This document shows, in pieces, positions 47,420 to 57,007 of a DNA stretch of 64,000 bases. Where the stretch lies: positions 1,192,679 to 1,256,678 of the forward strand of contig JBFWJC010000001.1 in NCBI GenBank assembly GCA_050253415.1, read 5' to 3'. Position numbers and translations under genes: made by a program. This DNA is from Pedobacter sp. Its GTDB lineage: Bacteria; Desulfobacterota; Desulfuromonadia; Desulfuromonadales; Syntrophotaleaceae. The first letter of the stretch is position 1. Every line of letters begins with the position of its first letter. The notes below the pieces were generated by a model. The model was not told where the DNA came from. It did not search any database and saw nothing but the letters and a program-made list of their open reading frames with translations.

Positions 47420-48115
47420 ATGAAAAATGGAATCATTTTATTGTTGTGCTTTTGTTTGACTGCATGTGGTGGACTGAATAGTAAATTAGCAAATAAAACA
47501 AAACAGGTTGAATATTATCGAATTTTTGATATACAAACGGATGTCGAAAGGACCTCGATCATCGATGCCGCAAGTCGGGGTTTGGGTAGAAACGCGGGTG
47601 ACGCGCGGGAGGCAACGCCGATTCCTTCATTTTCAACTCCTCCTGAACAACCTGGTAGATTTAAAGTGGTCAACCAGATGGACACACTTAACGGGTCTGA
47701 GTTCGGACGCTCAATAGGTGCCTTGGCAGCCATTAGCGCTGGCATGGGAGGTGGAAGTTTGGGGCTTAAGTCAGCTCAGTGTGATGGGGCTGTTTGGACT
47801 GCCAACGCCACCAAAAGTGCTGATAGAAATTTCAACCTTAACTTGGTGACCTGTTTATTCGAATACAAAGGTGGATACCATTTGGATATGTACGCCCATC
47901 TTACAAAACAGGAGGGGGGAATGCTGCAGCTAAGCCGGGCGATGGCAAGTGCCCTTGTCGGTACTCCTGAAGAATGGGTTGAAAAAACGTTTCTAGATGT
48001 TGTTCGGCAAATACACAACGACACAAATGCTGAAATAGAGTTTTTGGAGGGGTACCCCAAAATGCAAGGTACGCCCTGGCTGGATAGTGGCGAGACTTTT
48101 ACAGCCAAAAACTAG
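47420..48115 (+). CDS. Hypothetical lipoprotein
   Basis: MKNGIILLLCFCLTAC with lipobox LTA-C. GGAGGAG RBS. Preceded by a very AT-rich non-coding region. Confidence 0.8.
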   Translation: MKNGIILLLCFCLTACGGLNSKLANKTKQVEYYRIFDIQTDVERTSIIDAASRGLGRNAGDAREATPIPSFSTPPEQPGRFKVVNQMDTLNGSEFGRSIGALAAISAGMGGGSLGLKSAQCDGAVWTANATKSADRNFNLNLVTCLFEYKGGYHLDMYAHLTKQEGGMLQLSRAMASALVGTPEEWVEKTFLDVVRQIHNDTNAEIEFLEGYPKMQGTPWLDSGETFTAKN

Positions 48116-48275
48116 TTTTAGAGGATAAAGCCATGGCTGGCCTTTCGTTTTATAAAAAAAAACGAAAAATGTTTGTTCCGTTGGTTGGTTTCATGTTCAA
48201 GCAGTTTGAATAAGAGTCAGGAACCATGCCGGACTTGAGAGCTAACGAGGCTCCCCGAGAAGGAAGTTCTGTCAA

Positions 48276-48388
48276 CCCTTGAGGAACTGCGCCAGATAGC
48301 CCGCGATAAAGTACCGCGTCAGCACCGCGCCGGTTGGGACGTGCGCTTTCTGATCGAGCTATGGGATATGGTTTGCCGGCGTTGGCCG
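48276..48388 (+). repeat. 113-bp direct repeat, copy 2 (orphan 3' gene fragment followed by an in-frame TAG)
   Basis: Identical to 46843-46955; reads LEELRQ...RRWP then TAG. Confidence 0.95.
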
Positions 48389-48500
48389 TAGGAAAATGGT
48401 GCGTAAACGGAGTTGTCGAGCAAATGTTCGCCGGGCGGAATCCTTATCAGGGGTTCCGCCCTGTTTTTTTGAGCTGCGCAGTAGTTGGAAAGGGGAGGTG

Positions 48501-48932
48501 TCAGGGGTGCTTTTTTTCAACGCATTTGGACATGTTGAGGAATGTTTTGATAAGGTCTTTCCAGGTTGCAATGCCTACAAGTTGGCCTTCGGTCGACAGG
48601 ATGGGTAAGCAGGATACGCCGGCTTCAAGTAAGACGTGGACTGCTTCTTCAATATCGGTGTCAACATTTACCGTAACGGGATCTCGGGACATGATCTGGT
48701 GGGCTTTTCGGTTCAGGATGTCAAGGTCCCGTAGCGTTTCCGCTGCCGTATCGAGAAAAGGGCTGGTAGCTTTTAATACGTCGCGGTCAGAGATAATGCC
48801 ACAGAGTTGACCATGGTCGGTTACCAGCAAATGGTGAAATTTAGCACTCGCCATGAGTCCATTGATCAAGTGCAGAGAGTCATCCATTTCAACAGTGACC
48901 ACGCGCTTTGTCATTATCTCGCTGATTTTCAT
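48501..48932 (-). CDS. CBS-pair domain protein
   Basis: ISEIMTKRVVTV..FHHLLV..GIISDRDV and IMSRDPVTV..SCLPI..GIAT. Confidence 0.88.
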   Translation of the reverse strand: MKISEIMTKRVVTVEMDDSLHLINGLMASAKFHHLLVTDHGQLCGIISDRDVLKATSPFLDTAAETLRDLDILNRKAHQIMSRDPVTVNVDTDIEEAVHVLLEAGVSCLPILSTEGQLVGIATWKDLIKTFLNMSKCVEKKHP

Positions 48933-49087
48933 GAATGCACACTCCCAAACCATTTGTAAGTTGTATATACATAGCATGAATGCAGTTTTTGTGGCAATGC
49001 AGCAGGTTCGGTGGGTGCGTACATTTCCAGTATCTTGCTTGAAATCTTGCCTGTTTGCATAAGAGTGTTCAGACAAGTTGGAGATGG

Positions 49088-49786
49088 TCAGTCATCAGTC
49101 GAAATGTTCGCTTCTGTATCAAGTATGACATCCAGGATCTCCAATGCGGTGATACTGGATATGGGGATGCCGTGACCCTTTTTCCATTTTGTTACCGCTT
49201 CTTGTTTGTCGGGGCCGGTAACCACTACTAAAACCTGCCGCGCTTGGCTGAGGGTCTTCGCAGTGAGGCTGACCCTTTCGGATGGTGGTTTGGGGGCTCC
49301 GGTGACGGGGACAACGAGAATTTCTTCCGGATGGTGGTGTCCAGGAAACAGGCTGGCGGTATGCCCGTCTTCACCAAGCCCGAGGATCACCAGATCGAAA
49401 GGCAAGGCATCATCAACCACCGGAGAATAGAGTCGGGCTCCTTCGATCGGCCCCTTCTCGGCAGGAATGATGTGGATCTGCTCCCGGGGGATGTTCACAT
49501 GATCGAGCCAAGCCTTTACGGCCATGGTGCTGTTGCGATCGGAATGTCCGGCAGGCAGGCATCGTTCGTCGCCGAAAAAGATTTCCCATCGGCGCCAGTC
49601 CGCCTCAGCCTTGGCCAGTAACCTGTAGGTTGCTTCAGGGGTGCGCCCACCAGCCAACACCAGCCGAAATATGCCGCGTTGTGCGATGGCCTTGGATGCC
49701 TCTGCCAATATCCGGCTTGCAGCATTTTCAGCCACGGCAGCAGTATCGGGCAACTGGTGCCAGTGAATGGTCTGACCCTTTGCCAT
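49088..49786 (-). CDS. pgl: 6-phosphogluconolactonase
   Basis: LAGGRTP, FGDERC, LGLGEDGHTASLFP, PKPPSERVSLT. Confidence 0.93.
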   Translation of the reverse strand: MAKGQTIHWHQLPDTAAVAENAASRILAEASKAIAQRGIFRLVLAGGRTPEATYRLLAKAEADWRRWEIFFGDERCLPAGHSDRNSTMAVKAWLDHVNIPREQIHIIPAEKGPIEGARLYSPVVDDALPFDLVILGLGEDGHTASLFPGHHHPEEILVVPVTGAPKPPSERVSLTAKTLSQARQVLVVVTGPDKQEAVTKWKKGHGIPISSITALEILDVILDTEANISTDD

Positions 49787-49840
49787 GGAGCTTTTTCTCC
49801 TCAATTTTACCCTATGCTTCTGGTCCACGGCCTGTAGCAT

Positions 49841-49901
49841 CAGCTTACAGCTTACAGCTTACAGCTTACAGCTTACAGCTTACAGCTTACAGCTTACAGC
49901 T
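49841..49901. repeat. Heptamer repeat element C
   Basis: 8 x CAGCTTA plus CAGCT; the reverse complement of the AGCTGTA block found in elements B and D. Confidence 0.95.
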
Positions 49902-51393
49902 GTTTTATCCCACACCCGCACGGTTCCAGGGTATTGCGCCAGAACCGGCACGGGTCATCGAAAAGTTGGTCGGCTTCGGCCGGCCCCCACGAGCCTGACC
50001 GGTAGGGATGCAGGTCTTGCCCGGAGTGGGACCAGGCCTGCATTACCGGGTCGACGATACGCCAGGCCTGTTCCACCTCTTCATAGCTCAAGAACAGGGA
50101 GCGGTCGCCTCGGATGATGTCGAGCAGCAACTCTTCATAGGCGTCGTTGACGATTTCATCGGCTCTCCTAAAACTGGCGTCAAGGGCTGTCTGACGGGTG
50201 GCGAGGGCTTCGCCGGGGGCCTTGACGGTCATCTCCATACGCATGCATTCGTGAGGCTGGATACCGATCAACAGCCAGTTGGAGGCTTCGCAATGCACAT
50301 GGCTGGCGCGGAAGAATTGCTGGGGCGGTTGTTTGAAACAGATGGCCACCAGCGCCTGTTTTTGAGCCATGCGTTTACCGGTGCGCAGCAAAAAGGGTAC
50401 GCCGGCCCAGCGCCAGTTGTCGATATGCAGTTTGAGGGCGGCGAAGGTTTCCGTATGGCTGTCACCAGCTACGCGCGCCTCGTCCCGGTAGCCGATGACG
50501 GCATTGCCGCCTACCGTGCCGGTGTTGTACTGACCGCGCACGGCGACCTCGTCCACCTGGTCGGGGAGGATGGGGCGTATCGATTTGAGGACCTTGAGTT
50601 TTTCGGCGTGCAAAGCCTCGGCGGCCATGGAGACCGGGGATTCCATGGCGACAAAGGTCAGCAGCTGCAGCAGATGGCTCTGGATCATGTCGCTCAGGGC
50701 GCCTGATTTTTCGTAGGTTGCTCCGCGTTCTCCTATGCCTTGCGGTTCGGCATGGATGATCTGAATGTGGTCGATGGTGTTGCGATTCCAGAGCGGCTCC
50801 ATCAACACGTTGCCGAAGCGGAATACCAGGATGTTGCGCACCGTTTCCTTGCCCAGATAATGGTCGATACGAAAGATCTGTTCTTCGCGCAGATGTTCGG
50901 CGAGCTTCTGTTGCAGGGCCACGGCGCTTTGCAGATCGGAGCCAAAGGGTTTTTCGATTACGACCCGCCGCCCGCCCTCGGTTTCATCGAGCAGTTTGGC
51001 CCGATCCAGGTTGGAAATGACATCCGCATATTCGGCTGGGCTCAGGGCCATATAAAACGCCAGATCGACTGGAAAGTCCCTGTTCCTCGACAATTTCCCG
51101 TAAAGCGTTTCGTAAAAGGAGGAATCGCGCAGGTCGCCGCGCACGTAGTCGGTACGTGCGGCAAAACGGGAAAAAACCTCGTCGTTCAATCCGCCGCGAA
51201 CGTTGCCGGCCAGATGGGCGCGGATTTCGGCCAGCCAGGCGTCGCGGTCGGGATGACGGCGGCCGTTGGCCAGGATGCGGGTATCGGGGTGCAGACGGTT
51301 GGCAGCATCGAGGTGATAAAGGGCCGGCAGCAATTTGTTGCGGGCCAGATCGCCGGTCGCGCCGAAAATCACAAAGGTGCAGGGGTCAGTCAT
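49894..51393 (-). CDS. zwf: Glucose-6-phosphate 1-dehydrogenase
   Basis: GATGDLA, IEKPFG, RIDHYLGKETV, DNWRWAGVPFLLRTGK. Confidence 0.96.
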   Translation of the reverse strand: MTDPCTFVIFGATGDLARNKLLPALYHLDAANRLHPDTRILANGRRHPDRDAWLAEIRAHLAGNVRGGLNDEVFSRFAARTDYVRGDLRDSSFYETLYGKLSRNRDFPVDLAFYMALSPAEYADVISNLDRAKLLDETEGGRRVVIEKPFGSDLQSAVALQQKLAEHLREEQIFRIDHYLGKETVRNILVFRFGNVLMEPLWNRNTIDHIQIIHAEPQGIGERGATYEKSGALSDMIQSHLLQLLTFVAMESPVSMAAEALHAEKLKVLKSIRPILPDQVDEVAVRGQYNTGTVGGNAVIGYRDEARVAGDSHTETFAALKLHIDNWRWAGVPFLLRTGKRMAQKQALVAICFKQPPQQFFRASHVHCEASNWLLIGIQPHECMRMEMTVKAPGEALATRQTALDASFRRADEIVNDAYEELLLDIIRGDRSLFLSYEEVEQAWRIVDPVMQAWSHSGQDLHPYRSGSWGPAEADQLFDDPCRFWRNTLEPCGCGIKQL

Positions 51394-52828
51394 GGCGGTC
51401 CTTGTGAGGGGAGTGGAATGTTTCCCAGTCGGTGTGGAAGAAGGTGCCGCGCGGCTGGTCGGTGCGTTCGTAGGTGTGTGCGCCAAAATAGTCGCGCTGG
51501 GCCTGCAGCAGGTTAGCCGGCAGACTGGGGCAGCGATAGCCATCGAAAAAAGCAAGCGCGGATGAAAGCGCGGGCAGGGGGATGCCAAGTTCCACCCCCA
51601 TGATTATGGCTTGGCGCCAGCCATTTTCGGCTTTGCCTAATTGCTCGACAAAGAACGGGGCTAGCAACAGGTTCTCCAGTTGACTGTCGGTTTCGAAGGC
51701 CGCGGCAATATCGTTAAGAAAGATACTGCGGATAATGCAGCCGCCGCGCCAGATAAGAGCAATGCTTTGGTAGTCGAGATGCCAGCCGAAAGCATTGGCC
51801 GCGTCTTTGAGCAGCATGAACCCTTGCGCATAGGAAATGATCTTGGCTGCGTACAGGGCGTCGTGGATGGCCGCTACAGAATCTTTTTCCAGCTTCACCG
51901 GTGATTGTAGCGCGGAGTTGAACTGTGCCGAGGCGCGCATCCGTTCGTCCCGCCGGGACGACAGGGCCCGGGCAAAAACCGCTTCGCTGATGGTGGTCAG
52001 GGGGGTGCCCAATTGCAGCGCTTCGATCCCTGTCCATAGACCTGTACCTTTTTGGCCTGCAGTATCAAGGATACTATCGATCAGAGGCAGGCCGTTGGTT
52101 TCCTTCGCTGCAAGGATGCGACCGGTGATTTCGATGAGATAAGAGTTGAGAGGGCCTTCGTTCCAGCGGCTGAAAAGTTCGGCCAGTTGGTCCGTGTCCA
52201 GTTGCATTCCGAAACGCAGCAGATGGTACGCTTCGCCGATTAGCTGCATGTCGCCATATTCGATGCCGTTGTGCACCATCTTCACGAAGTGTCCTGCGCC
52301 CTGTGGGCCGATCCAGCGGCAGCAGGGTTGATCGTCGACCCGGGCGGCGATCGCCTCGAGTATCGGGCGAATATGGGGCCAGGCCGCTACGTTGCCTCCC
52401 GGCATCAGGGACGGTCCCCGGCGGGCGCCTTCCTCGCCGCCGGAAATGCCGCAGCCCACGAACAGCAGGTTCTGTTCGGCCAAAGCGGTGACGCGACGTT
52501 TGGTATCGTTGGGATGAGAATTGCCGCCGTCGATAATAATATCGCCAGCTTCAAGGCAGGAACGCAACAGTTCGAGGGTGTCGTCAACCGCCTGACCGGC
52601 TTTGACCATCAGCAGCACCATGCGTGGCCGAGGCAGACACGCTACCAGTTCGGATACGGAATGGCATCCGATAATGGTGCTGTTTGCCGCAGCTTCGGCA
52701 AGAAACGCATCGGTTCTGGCAGCGGTTCGGTTGTAGACAGCCACCCGGTAACCGTGGTCCTGGATATTAAGGGCCAGATTCTGTCCCATAACCGCCAGTC
52801 CGATGAGTCCGATATCCGCTTTTTTCAC
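51386..52828 (-). CDS. gnd: 6-phosphogluconate dehydrogenase, decarboxylating
   Basis: IGLAVMG, DGGN, SGGEEGA, KMVHNGIEY, GQKGTG, WRGGCIIRS, QAQRDYFGAHTY. GTG start inferred. Confidence 0.96.
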   Translation of the reverse strand: MKKADIGLIGLAVMGQNLALNIQDHGYRVAVYNRTAARTDAFLAEAAANSTIIGCHSVSELVACLPRPRMVLLMVKAGQAVDDTLELLRSCLEAGDIIIDGGNSHPNDTKRRVTALAEQNLLFVGCGISGGEEGARRGPSLMPGGNVAAWPHIRPILEAIAARVDDQPCCRWIGPQGAGHFVKMVHNGIEYGDMQLIGEAYHLLRFGMQLDTDQLAELFSRWNEGPLNSYLIEITGRILAAKETNGLPLIDSILDTAGQKGTGLWTGIEALQLGTPLTTISEAVFARALSSRRDERMRASAQFNSALQSPVKLEKDSVAAIHDALYAAKIISYAQGFMLLKDAANAFGWHLDYQSIALIWRGGCIIRSIFLNDIAAAFETDSQLENLLLAPFFVEQLGKAENGWRQAIIMGVELGIPLPALSSALAFFDGYRCPSLPANLLQAQRDYFGAHTYERTDQPRGTFFHTDWETFHSPHKDRHD

Positions 52829-52890
52829 GTTGAATGACCTTCGGGTGAAAGATTTCAAGAATTATGCAATCGGACAATATCCTGAAATAA

Positions 52891-52923
52891 ATTTACCGCG
52901 GAGAACGCCGAGTTCGCAGAGAG
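52891..52923. repeat. Single arm of the three-9-mer element
   Basis: tttac-cgcggagaa-cgccgagtt-cgcagagag, the same pattern as 3707-3794. Confidence 0.6.
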
Positions 52924-53082
52924 TAGTCAATCGTTGAATGATTGTTATGACATTTCATTATCATATTTGATACATGCTGGCAAAGATTCACTGCCTTCAC
53001 CTTGGGGGCAATGTTGGTTTATGCAAAAAACAGGACCGGCAGCAAGATGATGCTCGTGCTAACGCAAACCTGTCTGCCATGT

Positions 53083-55656
53083 TCAGAACCAGTCGTGCAT
53101 GTCAAAATTGAATCTGGATTCTGTGTCGAGGAAATCCTGAATTTTTTCGGGTACCATCGGTTTGGCAAAATAGTAGCCTTGCATCACATTGCAGCCATGC
53201 GACATGAGAAAAGATAACTGTTGCTGGTTTTCCACACCCTCGGCGATGAGTTTCAGTCCAAGGCTTTGGGCCATGGCAATGGTTGCCCTGGCGATAGCCT
53301 TGTCGCCTTCATCGGTGTCGATGTCCCGAACGAATTCCTGGGCGATTTTGATGCGGTCGATGGGGAGCTTTTTAAGGTAGCTGAGCGAGGAATAACCGGT
53401 GCCGAAGTCATCGATGGAAAATTGAATACCCAGCAGTTTCAGTTCTCTGAGTGCTTCTATCGCCACATCCATGTTTTCCAGAAACACGCTTTCGGTAAGT
53501 TCCAATTCCAGAAGCTGAGGTTGCAGACCCGTTTCTTGTAACGTCTTTTTGATGCGTTGCACAAGGTCGGGCTGGTGAAACTGTTTGGCTGAGAGATTGA
53601 CGGCTATGCGCAGGGGGGGCTGACGGGTCTCCTGCCAGAGGACCGCCTGGCTGCAGGCGGTACGCAGGATCCATTCTCCCAAGGGGCGAATCAGCCCTGT
53701 TTCCTCGGCCAGGGGAATAAACTGTGCGGGCGAAATAAGCCCATCATCAAGACTCTGCCACCGCACCAAGGCTTCCATTCCCGTAACCTTCCCGAGACCG
53801 AGATCGATCTGTGGCTGGTAGACAAGAAACATTTCCCCTTGTTGAAGGGCCCTGCGCAGGTTGATTTCCATACGGTGTCGTTTGTCTGTTTGTTGCGCCA
53901 GTTGGGAGGAAAAAAAGTGATAGTCGTTGCGACCTTTCTTTTTAGCTTCGTACATGGCGGTATCGGCTTGCTTGAGCAGTGTTTCCGGGTCCTGTCCGTC
54001 TTGTGGATAAAGGGCAATGCCGATGCTGGCAGTTGTAATGATTTCGGTATCGCCGATAACGAAGGGTTTTTCGTTTAGTAACCGGAGAATTTTAGTCGTG
54101 ACGATGGTGGTATTCTGAACCTCGTCCAAATCGGTCAGCAGCAGGATGAATTCGTCCCCTCCCCAGCGGGCCAGTGTATCGCAACTGCGAATGGCGTTTC
54201 GCAATCTGTTGGATACTTCCTGAATGAGCCGGTCGCCTTTTGCATGGCCCAGGGTGTCGTTGATATTCTTGAAATTATCCAGGTCAAGCAGCAGAACTGC
54301 CACGAATTTATTCAAACGCCTGGCATGCCCGAGGGCCAGATCCATATGGTCTTTGAGAAGGGTCCTGTTCGGCAGTCCCGTCAAACTATCGAAATACGCC
54401 AAAAGCTTGATCTGTGCCTCGGTTTTCTTTTTATCTGTAATATCGATAGCTGAGGCCATGATGGACAATGGCTTGCCATCCTGGTTTTTTACCACTTGAG
54501 CCTGCAGTTCTATATCGAAACCGGTACCGTCCTTTTTCTTGCCCCTTGATTCGCCATGCCAGACATTCCGTACTTTAAGAGCCTCCAGAATCATCGTGGC
54601 CTTATGGGGGTCCTCCTGGAGATCGATAATGCTTGCACCGAGTAGTTCTGGTTCGGCATCGTAGTTCCACAAATTCAGAGCCGCCTTGTTGGCGTAGTTT
54701 AAATACCCCTGCACATCCGCCATGATCATGGGGGTCAGTGACGCGTCAATGGCCCATTTGGCCAGAAGAAACTGTTGTTGGGTGTTTTTCATGGCCGTGA
54801 CATCGCGGGAGATGGCCAGAACCTCTGTGGGGTCTCCATGACTGTTCCGGGTCGCGATGTTGGCGGTTATCAGAAAACAGCGCTCTTTGCCCTGAGCGTC
54901 GAGCATCAGGTTTTCACTGCTGTGCACATGTCCGTCTTGAAAGGCTTTGACTGCATGGCAGAACGGTTCGCATGGGGTGGGACTGCGATGCAGGGCTGTG
55001 TAGCATTTTTTTCCTACCAAATCATTTCCGAACATTTTTTTTGCTATATCGTTGGCCCAGGTAATGTTCAACTCCGGGTCCACCATGTGGATCGGGTCGC
55101 CGATGCTCTGCAGCATGGCATTGAGTGTTCCTTCTCTCTGACTCAAGGCCTGCAGGGTCTTTCGGTAGCGGATGACAAGCCAGCTCAGGGCGCAGGAAAG
55201 ACCGATGAAGATGCCGGTAATGGTCAGGATTATCGCAGCATGCTGATTATATTCTGAGGAATTGGGCATTTGGTTGCCAGTTGCGGCGGCAGAAGGAAGT
55301 TGTTGTCGAGCGACGTGAAATGCTCGCAAGGTATTGTCGCTAGAGGTCAAACCGAAACCAGAGGGAGTTCCTTCGTGTTTTGGAAAGGAGGAATATCCAA
55401 TCCGGAAGGATTCGTTGATCACCATATGGGGGTAATGGTGGAAAAGGTTTTCCCTGCGCGTATTCGCAGCGGGAACCGCCATCCTGGGAACTGAGCCGCT
55501 GCCGATTTTTAGACTGTCGGTCCATGCGTCGTAACGGAGTAAGGGCTGCGTGTATTTCGCTACGCAGGGGGGCGCGCACACCAGTCCCCACGCCAACATT
55601 GCAAGGCTGGTTATGCGAAGAAGTTGCCATGGATGGGAAAATGTTTTTTTGATCAT
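53083..55656 (-). CDS. Membrane-anchored PAS-PAS-GGDEF-EAL protein
   Basis: N-terminal signal/TM, a second TM, two PAS-like domains, RSCD I-site with GGDEF, EAL and DDFGTGYSSL. Confidence 0.92.
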   Translation of the reverse strand: MIKKTFSHPWQLLRITSLAMLAWGLVCAPPCVAKYTQPLLRYDAWTDSLKIGSGSVPRMAVPAANTRRENLFHHYPHMVINESFRIGYSSFPKHEGTPSGFGLTSSDNTLRAFHVARQQLPSAAATGNQMPNSSEYNQHAAIILTITGIFIGLSCALSWLVIRYRKTLQALSQREGTLNAMLQSIGDPIHMVDPELNITWANDIAKKMFGNDLVGKKCYTALHRSPTPCEPFCHAVKAFQDGHVHSSENLMLDAQGKERCFLITANIATRNSHGDPTEVLAISRDVTAMKNTQQQFLLAKWAIDASLTPMIMADVQGYLNYANKAALNLWNYDAEPELLGASIIDLQEDPHKATMILEALKVRNVWHGESRGKKKDGTGFDIELQAQVVKNQDGKPLSIMASAIDITDKKKTEAQIKLLAYFDSLTGLPNRTLLKDHMDLALGHARRLNKFVAVLLLDLDNFKNINDTLGHAKGDRLIQEVSNRLRNAIRSCDTLARWGGDEFILLLTDLDEVQNTTIVTTKILRLLNEKPFVIGDTEIITTASIGIALYPQDGQDPETLLKQADTAMYEAKKKGRNDYHFFSSQLAQQTDKRHRMEINLRRALQQGEMFLVYQPQIDLGLGKVTGMEALVRWQSLDDGLISPAQFIPLAEETGLIRPLGEWILRTACSQAVLWQETRQPPLRIAVNLSAKQFHQPDLVQRIKKTLQETGLQPQLLELELTESVFLENMDVAIEALRELKLLGIQFSIDDFGTGYSSLSYLKKLPIDRIKIAQEFVRDIDTDEGDKAIARATIAMAQSLGLKLIAEGVENQQQLSFLMSHGCNVMQGYYFAKPMVPEKIQDFLDTESRFNFDMHDWF

Positions 55657-55990
55657 TATTTTATGCTAGTTCACATTTGTTAATATGCAACAGTCTTTCC
55701 ATCGTTGATTCAATCTTTTGTGACAGGACTTTTCTGGACTCATTCGATGGACTGAATTGCATGCATGGTGCATTCATTTATTGTGGAAAAACTACAAAGC
55801 GTAGTGCTCATCTTTCCGAGGCATGTGCCGTGCTTTGCGCCACACGCGCAACAGTGAGAGACTGCTCTGGTTTTTCCGGATAGGGTCCGGATGAGGCTGC
55901 CGAAATTCGGAGTATAATTCTGGAACAGGGTGAAACAGCGGTAAAAGGGGTGCGCGTGATATCTGAGCTACATGGAAAATGGGAGGTATG

Positions 55991-57007
55991 ATGAACAAAA
56001 GACGGGTAGCGCTGCTGCTCCTGGTCCTATTGATTTCAGTAGGTCTGGGCGCATGGTTGCTACGCAAATCCTCGGGCCATGGTGGTGCGTTGGTGCTTTA
56101 CGGCAATGTCGATATCCGCAAGGTAGATCTTGCGTTTCGGGTCAGTGGCCGGGTTGCTGATGTACTCTTCGAAGAGGGCGACCTTGTAAAGCCTGGGCAG
56201 GTGGTGGCTTACCTTGATGATACCCCTTATCGCGACGAAGTAAGTCTTGCGGCGGCACGCCAAAGCCAGGCTGCGGCACAGTGGGAGAAGATGAAAGCCG
56301 GCAGTCGCCCACAAGAAATTGCCCAGGCTGAAGCGTTGGTTGCGGAACGGCAGGCTACCCTGCATAACTTGCAGTTGGAATACCGCCGCAGTAAAAATCT
56401 GGTTGGCAGCGGTGCAATTTCGAAGCAGGCATTTGATAATGCCACGGCTCGCTTGCAGGAAGGCCAGGCAAGATTGGCCACCGCGCAACAGGGGCTGCGT
56501 CTGGCCCGCGATGGTTTCCGCGCCGAAGATGTCGCAGCCGCCCACGCAAATTTTGAAGCCGCTGAGGCGAGTTTGGCCAGTGCGCGTACACGTTTGGCCG
56601 ATACCGAAATAAAGGCGCCTGCAGCAGGGACTATCCTCACCCGGGTGGAGGAGCCAGGGGCTATCGTGCAGGCCGGTCAGACCGTGGCGATCCTGTCTCT
56701 GGTCGACCCCGTGTGGGTCAGGGCTTATGTGGAAGAGCCGGATCTCGGCCGCATCCGGCCGGGCATGACCGCCGAAGTTTTCACCGACACCGATCCGGGC
56801 AAACCTTACCGCGGACATGTCGGGTTCATCTCGCCGGAAGCGGAATTCACCCCTAAGGCAGTACAGACGGAAGAGTTGCGTACCCGCCTGGTTTTTCAGC
56901 TGCGGATTATCGTGGATAATCCGGACCAGAGGTTGCGGCAGGGCATGCCGGTTACCGTTCGCCTAAGGGAAACGGAGCCCCAACCAGTGAAGCCGGGTGA
57001 CGCGTGA
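55991..57007 (+). CDS. HlyD family membrane fusion protein (YbhG-like)
   Basis: LYGNVDIRKVDLAFRVSGR, GFISPEAEFTPK, LRQGMPVTV. Confidence 0.9.
   Translation: MNKRRVALLLLVLLISVGLGAWLLRKSSGHGGALVLYGNVDIRKVDLAFRVSGRVADVLFEEGDLVKPGQVVAYLDDTPYRDEVSLAAARQSQAAAQWEKMKAGSRPQEIAQAEALVAERQATLHNLQLEYRRSKNLVGSGAISKQAFDNATARLQEGQARLATAQQGLRLARDGFRAEDVAAAHANFEAAEASLASARTRLADTEIKAPAAGTILTRVEEPGAIVQAGQTVAILSLVDPVWVRAYVEEPDLGRIRPGMTAEVFTDTDPGKPYRGHVGFISPEAEFTPKAVQTEELRTRLVFQLRIIVDNPDQRLRQGMPVTVRLRETEPQPVKPGDA

Noticed and set aside
46843..48388. 113-bp repeat pair as the VR/TR of a diversity-generating retroelement
   Set aside because: The copies are identical with no adenine-specific mismatches, there is no reverse transcriptase in the window, and the gene is not a lectin- or Ig-fold target.
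55790..55900. c-di-GMP-I (GEMM) riboswitch upstream of the DGC/PDE on the minus strand (GGCGCAAAGC)
   Set aside because: The GGCAAAC..GAAA stem and the CUAA receptor are missing, and the match lies in a simple local hairpin. An Infernal scan with RF01051 would settle it.
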